NCBI GenBank assembly: GCA_964597925.1
Contig: CAZQZT010000002.1
Coordinates: 103,038 to 167,037, forward strand
Direction of reading: 5' to 3'
DNA: 64,000 nucleotides
Source: an uncultured Candidatus Saccharibacteria bacterium
GTDB lineage: Bacteria; Patescibacteriota; Saccharimonadia; Saccharimonadales; JBBQAJ01
The notes below the pieces were generated by a model. The model worked only from the letters and a program-made list of their open reading frames with translations. It was not told the origin of the DNA and ran no database searches. Positions 1 to 9,126 of this stretch are shown here, in pieces. The stretch's first letter is position 1. Each line of letters opens with the position of its first letter. The translations under genes were made by a program, and so were the position numbers.

Positions 1-831
1 AAGAGTGAAGTTGCAGAACTATCAGACAAGCTCATAAGTCTCAACTCAGAACTGTCTGGCCTACTTACCCCAAAAGACCCGAACGACGAGAAAGACGTGA
101 TCATAGAAATTCGCGCGGCGGCCGGAGGTGATGAAGCCAGCCTGTTCGGCGGCGAACTGTACCGCATGTATATACGCTGGTGCGAAAACCATGAATACAA
201 AACAGAGCTAATAAGCGAAAGCCCGTCTGAAGCTGGCGGATTTAAAGAAATCATCTTTGCTATACATGGCATAGATGCCTACCGCAATCTAAAGTTTGAA
301 GCTGGAGTACACCGAGTACAACGAGTTCCCATAACCGAAAGTCAGGGACGTATCCATACTTCTACCGTGACCGTTGCAGTTATGCCAGAGGCTGAAGAAT
401 CAGACATAGAAATCAATCCTAGTGACCTAAAGATTGATGTATTTAGATCTGGTGGACACGGAGGGCAATCTGTAAATACTACCGACTCCGCTGTGCGTAT
501 TACTCACTTGCCAACTAGTCTGGTGGTGACTAACCAAGATGAAAAATCTCAGATAAAAAACAAGCTAAAAGCCATGAGCGTACTGCGTTCTCGCCTGCTA
601 CAAATGAAAATAGACGAAGAAACCAAACAGCTCAGTGATGACCGTAAAAAGCTGATTGGCACAGGCGATCGCAGTGAAAAAATCCGTACCTATAACTTCC
701 CCCAAGACCGAATAACTGATCACCGCATAGGCTACTCCCGCAGTAACATCCCCACTGCCCTAGCCGGCGATATAGACGACCTAATAGAAAAACTACATGA
801 ATACGAACGCCAAATTATCAACAACGAATGA
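1..831 (+). CDS. prfA: peptide chain release factor 1 (5' end outside window)
   Basis: Frame 1 is open from nt 1 ([10 protein letters not shown]...[26 protein letters not shown]), so the GTG at 97 in the track is internal. GGQ motif ([23 protein letters not shown]) and RF1-type tripeptide region ([14 protein letters not shown]). Confidence 0.93.
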   Translation, partial: KSEVAELSDKLISLNSELSGLLTPKDPNDEKDVIIEIRAAAGGDEASLFGGELYRMYIRWCENHEYKTELISESPSEAGGFKEIIFAIHGIDAYRNLKFEAGVHRVQRVPITESQGRIHTSTVTVAVMPEAEESDIEINPSDLKIDVFRSGGHGGQSVNTTDSAVRITHLPTSLVVTNQDEKSQIKNKLKAMSVLRSRLLQMKIDEETKQLSDDRKKLIGTGDRSEKIRTYNFPQDRITDHRIGYSRSNIPTALAGDIDDLIEKLHEYERQIINNE

Positions 832-1708
832 GTGGCTTGTAGCTTCAACTAAGTTACTAACCCAAAATAATATTGCAACAGCGCGCTTAGATAGTTTGGT
901 TTTATTAGAAGATGCGCTGGGAAGAGATAAGTCACATTTGTTAGCCCACCCGGAAAAACAGTTAACAGCTCTTCAGATACGGAACCTAAACGAGCAGATT
1001 GTGCGACGGAAAAATCATGATCCGCTGGCATATATTCGTGGCAAATCAGAGTTCTATGGCAGAGAATTCATAGTAAACAGACACACCCTAGAGCCCCGCC
1101 CAGAAACGGAAAACATGATTAAACTTTTTAAAAAGTTAATTGCCAATCACCAGTTACCAGTCGCCTATCAAGCTACTAGAGACTTGAAACTAGAGACTGG
1201 GGACAACAATCTGCTGATTGTGGATGTTGGGACGGGGTCTGGGTGTATTGGGATTACTGTGAAACTGGAGCATCCTGAGAATGAAGTGGTTGGTATGGAT
1301 GTTTCTAATGAGTGCCTGGATGTTGCTCGCAAAAACACCAAAAAACTGGGAGCTGATGTGGCATTTTACCAAGGAGACCTTTTGCTTGCTCTGCCCCCTG
1401 CCACTTCAAGCCAACCGTGTATTTTACTGTGTAACTTGCCGTATGTCCCTGATGCGCACACCATTAATAAGGCAGCCATGCAGGAACCGAAGCTGGCAAT
1501 TTTTGGTGGTAGTGACGGGCTGGATTTGTACCGTAAGTTGTTCGAACAAATCGGCAAACTAATGATTAATGCACAGCTCATTTTTACAGAATCGTTACCA
1601 AATCAACACAAAGAATTAACAAAAATTGCTCAAAAACACGGCTTTAGGTTGGAGACTACTGACGATTTTATACAGTTGTTTGTAGCAAAGTCCAAATTTC
1701 AAAGTTAA
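797..1708 (+). CDS. prmC: release-factor glutamine N5-methyltransferase (HemK/PrmC)
   Basis: SAM-binding [11 protein letters not shown] and an NPPY-like catalytic motif (CNLPYVP). Sits immediately after prfA, as is typical. The start is uncertain because it overlaps the prfA end by 35 nt. Confidence 0.85.
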   Translation: MNTNAKLSTTNEWLVASTKLLTQNNIATARLDSLVLLEDALGRDKSHLLAHPEKQLTALQIRNLNEQIVRRKNHDPLAYIRGKSEFYGREFIVNRHTLEPRPETENMIKLFKKLIANHQLPVAYQATRDLKLETGDNNLLIVDVGTGSGCIGITVKLEHPENEVVGMDVSNECLDVARKNTKKLGADVAFYQGDLLLALPPATSSQPCILLCNLPYVPDAHTINKAAMQEPKLAIFGGSDGLDLYRKLFEQIGKLMINAQLIFTESLPNQHKELTKIAQKHGFRLETTDDFIQLFVAKSKFQS

Positions 1709-1806
1709 AAGACCATATAAATCATCAAATTCACAAAATCCAAACGAACTGTATATAGTTTCATTGATTAGGGATTATTTGAAGTTTGATTTTTGTAGCT
1801 TGAATT

Positions 1807-2994
1807 TTATTGCTGGGGTATGGCCTCTAGAGTGGCTTTTATGGTTTGCTCTTTGTTGTCTCGAAGTATGGTTAGCTCTACTATGTCGCCGACTGATTTA
1901 CTACCAATCAAAGAAGTTAAGCTGTTTTTTTCATCGATGGCTGTACCGTCAATCTTGATAATTATGTCTTTTTCCTGAAGCTCAGCCTTCGAGGCAGGAC
2001 TATCCGGCAATATAGGGCTGCCGTTTTCTACTGGAGCTAGGTAGGCGCCCCTCTTTACTGGTAGATTATATTCATAAGCGTAGTCGTTCGTCAGACTGAC
2101 ATATCGCACTCCCAGATACGGACGTTCAAATTTACCGTTTTTAAGCACACTTTGCACAAGACCCTTGATGTCATTTATGGGGATGGCAAAACCAATATTT
2201 TCTGCACCACCGCCCGCTACTGCCGTGTTTATGCCTATAACTTCGCTACTGGCATTTACTAGTGGCCCTCCGGAATTGCCCTGGTTTATTGCGGCGTCCG
2301 TTTGGAAAAGGTTTTGGAGGCTTTCTTGGCTAACTTCGTCTCCAGCTATAACACTTCTCCCGTAGCCTGAGATTATTCCCGCAGTTACAGAGTTCTGGAA
2401 TTGTCCCAGAGCATTGCCTATTGCTACTACTTTTTCGCCAACCTGGACTTTGCTGGAGTCGCCGAGTTTTGCCGGCACAAGTTTTTGGCCTTTTGCATCT
2501 TTGATTTTGAGAAATGCTACGTCTAGCGGATCGCCTTCGTCACTAAGACCAATCAACTCTACATCTTCTAGCTTTGTACCATCTGATAGCGTGACAACAA
2601 TAACTGCGTCTTTACTGCCCACCACATGACGATTTGTAAGAATAAGACCGTCTTCGCTTATAATTACACCAGTACCAGCCCCCTGTTGCTGAACCGGTGA
2701 TCTGAACCCAAAAAAGTCTGTGCGTGTTGTTTGATTAGTTACCGCAATAGACACAACACTTGGGCCGACGTTTTTAGCAATTGTAGTTATGGCTTGGCTT
2801 TCGTTGACTATTATATCTTGAGCGGCTGATTCATTAGCAGACTGTTCGGTTTGGCGCTTTGAGCCAACCCAGCCGCCGCCAAAGCCAACTATCAGACATG
2901 CCGATAACAAGAAAAACATTTGTGCAAATTTGGCACTAAAAGGGTTTGTATGTTGTGATTTTTGCCTGGTGGATGAAGATTTGTTGTTTTGCAT
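1807..2994 (-). CDS. htrA: HtrA/DegP-family periplasmic-type serine protease with C-terminal PDZ domain
   Basis: N-terminal TM anchor; trypsin-like triad context (TNRHVV, GNSGGPL); C-terminal PDZ-like region (LPDSPASKAELQEKDIIIKIDG). Confidence 0.9.
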   Translation of the reverse strand: MQNNKSSSTRQKSQHTNPFSAKFAQMFFLLSACLIVGFGGGWVGSKRQTEQSANESAAQDIIVNESQAITTIAKNVGPSVVSIAVTNQTTRTDFFGFRSPVQQQGAGTGVIISEDGLILTNRHVVGSKDAVIVVTLSDGTKLEDVELIGLSDEGDPLDVAFLKIKDAKGQKLVPAKLGDSSKVQVGEKVVAIGNALGQFQNSVTAGIISGYGRSVIAGDEVSQESLQNLFQTDAAINQGNSGGPLVNASSEVIGINTAVAGGGAENIGFAIPINDIKGLVQSVLKNGKFERPYLGVRYVSLTNDYAYEYNLPVKRGAYLAPVENGSPILPDSPASKAELQEKDIIIKIDGTAIDEKNSLTSLIGSKSVGDIVELTILRDNKEQTIKATLEAIPQQ

Positions 2995-3022
2995 GGAGTT
3001 ATATAAATATTTATTGCTGAGT

Positions 3023-3775
3023 TTATAGCGCTTGGTCTCCCCAGTCTGATAAAACTAGTACTACTACAATTACCGCCATCATTATAAATACAATCTGACG
3101 ACGAAACGGAATGGAAAGACGATCAGTCTCTTGTAAATAATATAATCCGCCCAGCCCAAAGCCAAGTACAGTCAATAAAAGTGTAGGCTGGGCAATCACG
3201 CCATAAAAAAGTAACCAATGGCCGCATAACCAAGCTAAAGCAGCTGCAAAATAACCCCAAGTATGAGCATACAAAGACACGTAGGGTTCCTCGAAACTAC
3301 TAAGGAAATGGCGGGCAGACAAATAGCAAATACCCCATACTGCTAAGATTAGTAAAGTTAGAGGCACTGCGGGCCATGCTAGGAAAAGTGCCATAAGTCC
3401 ATAAGTTTGCCCAATTAGAGCCTGCGAGGCGACGCTCAGCGTAGTACGTCCCGGTTTGATTGCAACTTGCCAAACTATATAAAGTATTGTCCACAAAAGC
3501 TGAATTGAAGCAGAGCTAGTGTGAGTCATAAATACAATCGTAGACAGTCCAACGATTATATCCACCGCATTAGCTCTTACGATTGCCGGCCAAAAACGCG
3601 GACGCACCGCAAACATACGCCATTTGGTAATTAATACCACCAACACCGCCAACTGAACAAAATTCAAGCGGATCAATACGAACACAAACGCCGGCATGAG
3701 CGCACTTAGCAAAATGTGAGAAACGTGCGCATAGCCCTTGGTAGGCTTGATTTTCCCGGCTATTAATTTTCTCAT
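3023..3775 (-). CDS. polytopic integral membrane protein, unknown function
   Basis: 250 aa and almost entirely hydrophobic helices. Sits between the LCP and HtrA genes with 28-83 nt gaps, so probably in the same envelope operon. Confidence 0.6.
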   Translation of the reverse strand: MRKLIAGKIKPTKGYAHVSHILLSALMPAFVFVLIRLNFVQLAVLVVLITKWRMFAVRPRFWPAIVRANAVDIIVGLSTIVFMTHTSSASIQLLWTILYIVWQVAIKPGRTTLSVASQALIGQTYGLMALFLAWPAVPLTLLILAVWGICYLSARHFLSSFEEPYVSLYAHTWGYFAAALAWLCGHWLLFYGVIAQPTLLLTVLGFGLGGLYYLQETDRLSIPFRRQIVFIMMAVIVVVLVLSDWGDQAL

Positions 3776-3858
3776 CTTATGCCAGTATTATAAGCCATAG
3801 GGGCTTAATGAGCCATTTTTCTTTAACTGGATTGTAAATTGGAACTCGGCTTATTCAC

Positions 3859-5487
3859 TTAGTTTGTCCCTAGGATAATAATAAAATCCGAATTGCCTGG
3901 GTTAGGGATATTCGGGTCTGGCAATGATGTCACTGCAGTTACTCCTAGACGTTTTTCAAGATAGTGCTTGGTGTATTTTTTCTGACCGTTTCTCATGTCT
4001 ACTAAAACAGTTTTGGTGTAGGTTTTAGTGGGCGCATCGGCTATGGTATTTACGTTATATCCGTAGCTTTTCAGCTCGGTGGCTTTTAGCGTCGCTAATC
4101 CACCTGTTTGAGTACCGTTTAGCACTGCAATTGTGGCGTTTTCGTTGGCAATAAATCCGTCTTTTAAAGCATTTCTGACAAAGTTTTGTATTTCCGAAAA
4201 ATCAGTTAGTCCTGCGCGTGGTTGTTGGATGGACTGGCCAGCAATGTTTACACTAGTAAGAAAATTGTTGGGTGGGTCTACTAGGCCAATTGTCGCGATT
4301 TCGCTAGAGTTAATGCTTTTACCGATTTCGTATAAGCGCATAACTTCATTTATGCTCATGTTTGACTGCACACGATCACCAAAGGCATCCAACAACTGGG
4401 ATACCTTGACGGGGTTAGAGAAAGTCCCGAGTGATAAGATACGATCCTTTAAGGCTACTAGCAGTTTACGCTGGCGTTCTGCGCGATCAAAGTCCCCTCT
4501 AGGACTAGTGTATCGTGAACGAGCATAATAAAGTGCGCGCTGACCATCAAAATGCTGATTGCCTTCTTGAACATTAAGCTTGTAGTTTTTGCCAGTTAGA
4601 GTGTCCCACAATACTTCGTTTACAGTGCCATTTTTATCAACGTTTATGTCGACGCCACCCACTGTATTTATTGCCTGGACAAAGCCGGCAAAATCCACCA
4701 TAACATGATAATGAATTGGGACTCCCAGATCATCTTGTATGACTTTTTCTATGGCAGCAAAGCCGGCGTTTTCGGCATCTTCCTTACTGGCTTTGCGATC
4801 CAGTGCTGCGTATTTTGCCTCCGCAAAGACAGAATTTACACGATAGTTGCTTGTTTTAGGATAGTAAAGATCCCTGGGCACACTTAAAAGTGCGGCTTTT
4901 TTATTAATTGGATCGATGCTTGCAACTAGTATGGTGTCTGTCAAATCCGGCGCTGTTTGACCGTCGCCTCCCCGCCCTAATAGAAGTATATTTACGCGCC
5001 CATCACCCTCACCCCTCAACTTGCTAGGGTCTACATTGTCCTGCAATGCGGCGGCACCTTCGGCCCCGCCTTTAAATATCTGATTTAGCTTTAAGTAGCC
5101 TTTGCCGAATAAAAATCCTACAACCACTACTGCAATTACAGTTATACCAGCCAATCCGCGTAGACCTCTTTTTTTCCAACTGCGACGAGTGCGGTGTTTT
5201 TTGAGTGCAGGCGGTAGCGACAGATCTATTGCGCCATTTGCGCCACGCTTAGGATTCCGACCACTATTAAACGGTTGACTACTTTTCATAACTGGCTGCT
5301 GTGCACCCCTAAAACCTTCTTTGCGGCTGAAGTCATTTAGCTGATTGCGAGTAGAAGACTGACCGATTGCAGTTTGGTCTGGCTGTAAGTTTTGTCTACC
5401 AATATGGGGCTGGCTAGAACCACTGTTCAGCATGCCGTCTACTGAATTATGGGGATGTTTGGTTTTTTTTCTATGAAAATTGTCCAT
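3859..5487 (-). CDS. LytR-CpsA-Psr (LCP) family cell-wall polymer transferase
   Basis: TM anchor followed by LCP motifs (NILLLGRGGDG...DLTDTILVASIDP...LSVPRDLYY...R.RYTSPRGDFDRAERQ). I place the start at the ATG at 5487 (MDNFHRKK), because the longer track ORF (to 5604) would run across the divergent lepB start. Confidence 0.85.
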   Translation of the reverse strand: MDNFHRKKTKHPHNSVDGMLNSGSSQPHIGRQNLQPDQTAIGQSSTRNQLNDFSRKEGFRGAQQPVMKSSQPFNSGRNPKRGANGAIDLSLPPALKKHRTRRSWKKRGLRGLAGITVIAVVVVGFLFGKGYLKLNQIFKGGAEGAAALQDNVDPSKLRGEGDGRVNILLLGRGGDGQTAPDLTDTILVASIDPINKKAALLSVPRDLYYPKTSNYRVNSVFAEAKYAALDRKASKEDAENAGFAAIEKVIQDDLGVPIHYHVMVDFAGFVQAINTVGGVDINVDKNGTVNEVLWDTLTGKNYKLNVQEGNQHFDGQRALYYARSRYTSPRGDFDRAERQRKLLVALKDRILSLGTFSNPVKVSQLLDAFGDRVQSNMSINEVMRLYEIGKSINSSEIATIGLVDPPNNFLTSVNIAGQSIQQPRAGLTDFSEIQNFVRNALKDGFIANENATIAVLNGTQTGGLATLKATELKSYGYNVNTIADAPTKTYTKTVLVDMRNGQKKYTKHYLEKRLGVTAVTSLPDPNIPNPGNSDFIIILGTN

Positions 5488-5586
5488 ATAATATGCGAAT
5501 CCTTTCATTATAGCGGTTATGGTAAATATCTGAAAACCATGTAAATCGTATAACGGTAGTGTCAAACATGTGCAAAGTACGCTATA

Positions 5587-6258
5587 GTGGTTGCAACAAT
5601 GCAACAGCCTTCCAGTATACCAGTTGCGCCGATGAGCGCAAGTGATGAAACAGCTCCTATTATAACTTCAAAACCGCCAAGCAAATGGGGAGGCGCTTTT
5701 TATACTATTGCTATTATAATTGCCGCTCCTTTGGTTGCTCTGACGCTGACGTCTTTTGTATTTCAGTCATACGAGGTAGATGGTCCGAGCATGGAAACTA
5801 CACTTCAAAATCAAGACAGATTGATAGTATGGAAGGCACCCCGCACGCTAGCGAAGATTACTAACCATACATATATACCTGAGCGAAGTGATGTGATTGT
5901 GTTTGTAAAACACGGACTATACGAAAGCCGAGGGTCACAAGAAAAACAACTAATAAAACGAGTGGTAGGACTGCCGGGAGACCGAGTAGTTGTGCAAGAT
6001 GGAAAGATTACTATATATAACACCGAAAATCCAGATGGCTACAATCCCGATTTGAATCAGGAGTTTTCTGAAAACATTGCTAGTGTCACAACCGGAAATG
6101 TAGATATAATTGTAGGCGAAGATGAAGTATTTGTATGCGGAGATAATCGTACTAATTCCCTAGATTCACGTGCTTTTGGCACGGTATCCGCAAACGATAT
6201 TATCGGGAAATTGACGATTAGGATATTCCCTATTAATAATTTCCAATCTTTTATCTAG
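5587..6258 (+). CDS. lepB: signal peptidase I
   Basis: TM anchor; catalytic Ser box (VDGPSMETTL); GDNRTNSLDSR box. The start may be the GTG at 5587 or the ATG at 5599. Confidence 0.9.
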   Translation: MVATMQQPSSIPVAPMSASDETAPIITSKPPSKWGGAFYTIAIIIAAPLVALTLTSFVFQSYEVDGPSMETTLQNQDRLIVWKAPRTLAKITNHTYIPERSDVIVFVKHGLYESRGSQEKQLIKRVVGLPGDRVVVQDGKITIYNTENPDGYNPDLNQEFSENIASVTTGNVDIIVGEDEVFVCGDNRTNSLDSRAFGTVSANDIIGKLTIRIFPINNFQSFI

Positions 6259-7109
6259 GAAAGTTTTTTATAGAGGCTTTTCAGGTCTTCGTCGTTTTTG
6301 AAGTGGATTTCTAATTTGCCACCTTTTGCGGTGTGATGAATAGTGACTTTTTTGTTGAGTTTGGTTGAGAGTTTTTTGGTTTCGGCCGTTTCCTTTACAG
6401 CTCGTTGCTTGACTGCATTTGAAGGTTTTATACCTTCTTTGTGCGCTGTTACGAACTGCTCGGCCTGCCTTACTGACCAAGCTTGTCCCTGTATGAGTTC
6501 AAGTAAACGATTTTGAAGTTCCGGCTGATGCTTTAATGCCAAAATGGCTCGTGCATGTCCTTCGGTAATATGCCCCGTCTGCAACGCTTTACGTGCATTG
6601 TCTGGCAATTGCAGCAAACGCACTATATTGTTTACTGTAGGAGCTGCTTTGCCTAGTTTTTTTGCAATCTGCTGGTAGCTTAGGTTGAACTGCTCATGCA
6701 AATGATGAATTGAAACGGCTTGCTCGAGGGGTGATAAATCGACACGCTGAACGTTTTCTATAAGTGCAATTTCTAGCCTTTGTAGCTCAGCTTTCTCACG
6801 TACAACGGCAGGTATGGTTTTAAGGCCGGCAATTTGTGATGCACGCCATCTGCGTTCACCTGCAATAATTTCAAATCCTTTGCCGTGAGGAGAAACAATG
6901 ATTGGTTGCAAGACACCATGTTCACGAATTGAGTCTGCCAATTCATTCAACGCCGATTGGTCGAACTGCTTTCGCGGTTGGTTTGGATTTGCTGAAATAT
7001 CAGCAATTAATAATTTTTGGATTCGTTCATCATTGCTTAAAATACTTTTGTCGAAATCTGTTGGAAGTAAACTCTCCAAGCCTCTACCCAATCTGTTTGT
7101 GTCAATCAT
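6255..7109 (-). CDS. parB: chromosome partitioning protein ParB/Spo0J
   Basis: ParB box (GERRWRA), HTH region and LIENVQRVDLSPLEQA. I place the start at the ATG at 7109 (MIDTNRLGRGLESLLP, a typical ParB N-terminus), overlapping the parA stop by 8 nt. The 72-aa upstream extension in the track lies inside parA. Confidence 0.9.
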   Translation of the reverse strand: MIDTNRLGRGLESLLPTDFDKSILSNDERIQKLLIADISANPNQPRKQFDQSALNELADSIREHGVLQPIIVSPHGKGFEIIAGERRWRASQIAGLKTIPAVVREKAELQRLEIALIENVQRVDLSPLEQAVSIHHLHEQFNLSYQQIAKKLGKAAPTVNNIVRLLQLPDNARKALQTGHITEGHARAILALKHQPELQNRLLELIQGQAWSVRQAEQFVTAHKEGIKPSNAVKQRAVKETAETKKLSTKLNKKVTIHHTAKGGKLEIHFKNDEDLKSLYKKLS

Positions 7110-7872
7110 TTTGCGCTCCACTGGTTCGCTTAATAACCTCTTTTGTAAATTGTTTGTACGCCCTGGCGCCCTTAGACCATTTGTCGTGTTCAGAAATAGG
7201 TTTGCCATGACTAGGGGCTTCTGCCAGGCGAACATTGCGTGGAATTTGTGTTTTGAAAACGGCCTCATCGAAATATTTTTGCAGCTCACCAACCACTTGT
7301 TCTGCCAGAGACGTGCGACTATCATACATTGTCACTAGAACACCCAGTAAGTTTAGGTTTGGGTTAGTTGATTGTTTAATACGCTGGAACACATCCATTA
7401 GTTGACCAAGTCCTTCCATAGCATAGAATTCTGCCTGAACTGGCACTAACAGCCAATTTGCGGCTGTCAAAGCATTTATAGTTAGTAAACTAAGCGCTGG
7501 GGGGCAGTCTATTAGTATGTAGTCATACTCTAGCCCCTCTAGCCTCGTTTTAAGCAAACTTTCTCTGTTCTCTTGATCTTTAAGTTCGAGTTCAGCCGCA
7601 GCTAGATTGTTGTTTGCAGGCAATAAAGAAATACCAGTCTCTGGAGATACCAGAATGGCGCTATTTGCTTTTGTCAGCCCAAGCATAACCTGATAACTTG
7701 TGTTGTCAAGATTGTCGTCTAATCCCAGTCCACTAGTGGCATTACCTTGAGGATCAAAATCTACAATCAATACTGATTTATCCATTTTTGCCAAATATGC
7801 GGCGAGGTTAATCGTGGTCGTGGTTTTACCTACACCACCCTTCTGATTTAAAATCGCAATGATATGCATCAT
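7102..7872 (-). CDS. parA: chromosome partitioning ATPase ParA/Soj
   Basis: Deviant Walker A (NQKGGVGKTTTTINLA); ParA-type length and order, upstream of parB. Confidence 0.93.
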   Translation of the reverse strand: MMHIIAILNQKGGVGKTTTTINLAAYLAKMDKSVLIVDFDPQGNATSGLGLDDNLDNTSYQVMLGLTKANSAILVSPETGISLLPANNNLAAAELELKDQENRESLLKTRLEGLEYDYILIDCPPALSLLTINALTAANWLLVPVQAEFYAMEGLGQLMDVFQRIKQSTNPNLNLLGVLVTMYDSRTSLAEQVVGELQKYFDEAVFKTQIPRNVRLAEAPSHGKPISEHDKWSKGARAYKQFTKEVIKRTSGAQND

Positions 7873-8068
7873 ATCTGTTTTTTACCCCTACTTGCTAGTA
7901 ACAGCCTATCACGAAACAAGGCTGTCCAGAAGACGTAAATCAAGTTATTTTTATCTGTATGCCTTTAGTCTTAGGTATATAAGCCCAATAGAATGCTCAA
8001 CGTCTACCCTTTTTGGAATATAAACATCCTTGGCAGCCCATTTTTTGTGTCGCTACCTGTAGTTGAGA

Positions 8069-8103
8069 ACGGTGGCGGTGCTATCGCAGTGACGGTGGCG
8101 GTG
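8069..8103. repeat. perfect 12-nt direct repeat ACGGTGGCGGTG x2, period 23 nt, in the parA-distal intergenic region
   Basis: Read directly: 8069-8080 and 8092-8103. A GC-rich island inside an AT-rich 590-bp spacer. Confidence 0.8.
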
Positions 8104-8462
8104 TTAGATGGCTGGCTGCTATTACCGGCAGTATCTCTAGTTATGATGGATCAAACCCCGAATCATACCTAGGCACTAACGAAAAACTCCCACAGACAGT
8201 AATATTTCATAAAAACTGCTTACTAGTATTTGTACAGTCCACTTCCACCCTCAACAAATAACAATGACCCAAATACATTACCAAACTTTCATAGTACACA
8301 TATACTAGTACTAAATGGCTAGTATATAATTGCTAGATAATAATCGTCCAACAATTATCCAAGCAATACAAAATTTGGATGTTATTTACCGCCTTTTGCC
8401 TTAAAAAGTTAACCACAGAGTATTTTGGATGTTTTGTTTTTTGTATTCAAGAAGTCCTCACT

Positions 8463-9050
8463 TTATATAGAAAGGCTGTTTGCCGTCAATTTGAACCGTG
8501 CCTCTAGGGCTTCAAAATCTTCTATCTTTGCCTGCATAGACAGATAGAAGGCTTGGTTTTCATCCTTTAAAACAATGTATAGATCTTGGTGTGCTACCTT
8601 GCCGTCTGTACGAATATAAGTAAAAGATACACGTGCCGCCTGCTTGCCTGACTGGTTAAATTTTTCTTCTGACAGTTTTTTATAGTCCGGATAGCGGTCT
8701 GGTAATACCTTGTCGGTATTGGCCAGTAAAAGATCCATGGTACTGGTTTTTGCCAGCTGAGAAGGCAGTCGAAGTCCTTCTTCGTAACGAAGAGTTATGA
8801 GGTAGGGTGTTTGACCTTCACTGTTGGCTCTAAAGAGAAATTTATCTTCGCTGTCTTGCGTGGTAAGGGTTAGTTGCTTTGCTTCGGCTGGATAGGAAAG
8901 CTTGACTCCCTGCTTGTTGTCTTGGAATTGCTGTAGTGTAGCTGAGCCGTTTGAAGGCGTTTCAGGCGCCTTGGCTAATCTAACCAAGACTAACCAAAGA
9001 ACTAATGCTAAAACCAGTAAAAAAGCTCCTACGATTCCCACACGACGCAT
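8463..9050 (-). CDS. membrane-anchored extracytoplasmic protein, unknown function
   Basis: N-terminal anchor MRRVGIVGAFLLVLALVLWLVLV, then a ~160-aa alpha/beta-looking domain. Lies directly downstream of the giant ORF on the same strand. Confidence 0.6.
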   Translation of the reverse strand: MRRVGIVGAFLLVLALVLWLVLVRLAKAPETPSNGSATLQQFQDNKQGVKLSYPAEAKQLTLTTQDSEDKFLFRANSEGQTPYLITLRYEEGLRLPSQLAKTSTMDLLLANTDKVLPDRYPDYKKLSEEKFNQSGKQAARVSFTYIRTDGKVAHQDLYIVLKDENQAFYLSMQAKIEDFEALEARFKLTANSLSI

Positions 9051-9054
9051 GGAT

Positions 9055-9102
9055 AGTAGTCTAACAGTCCAGTAGTCTAACAGTCCAGTAGTATAGGCTA
9101 GA
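9055..9102. repeat. 16-nt tandem repeat (AGTAGTCTAACAGTCC x2 plus a degenerate third copy) between the giant ORF and the downstream gene
   Basis: Read directly at 9055-9070 and 9071-9086; partial copy at 9087-9102. TAGTATAGG recurs at 9089 and 9111. Confidence 0.8.
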
Positions 9103-9126
9103 CATAGTTCTAGTATAGGTGTTGGT

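Noticed and set aside
5488-5604. Longer N-terminal extensions offered by the ORF track for LCP (to 5604), parB (to 7325), the 304-aa protein (to 16958), rplU (17307), nrdR (24251), ftsA (27110), adk (28668), rpsA (36874) and HdeD-like (39598)
   Set aside because: The extensions are Cys/His/Trp-rich or overlap neighbouring genes. Internal ATGs give family-typical N-termini and, where visible, good SD sequences (e.g. AAGGAGG before 36841 and 39508). Coordinates in the features list use the shorter starts.
6255-6258. Overlapping convergent stop codons of lepB and parB in a CTAG palindrome
   Set aside because: The overlap is real but trivial. It reflects compact genome packing, and I could see no functional signal.
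7900-7920. parS site near parAB (…tatcacgaaacaa…)
   Set aside because: It matches only one half-site of TGTTTCACGTGAAACA. The only full GTTTCACGTG word in the window (about 42730) is inside the 23S rRNA.
7993-8172. 59-codon plus-strand ORF (MLNVYPFWNINILGSPFFVSLPVVENGGGAIAVTVAVLDGWLLLPAVSLVMMDQTPNHT) in the parA-distal spacer
   Set aside because: It has no SD and no partner genes on that strand. The two copies of the 12-nt DNA repeat fall in different codon phases, which argues that the repeat, not the ORF, is the selected feature.
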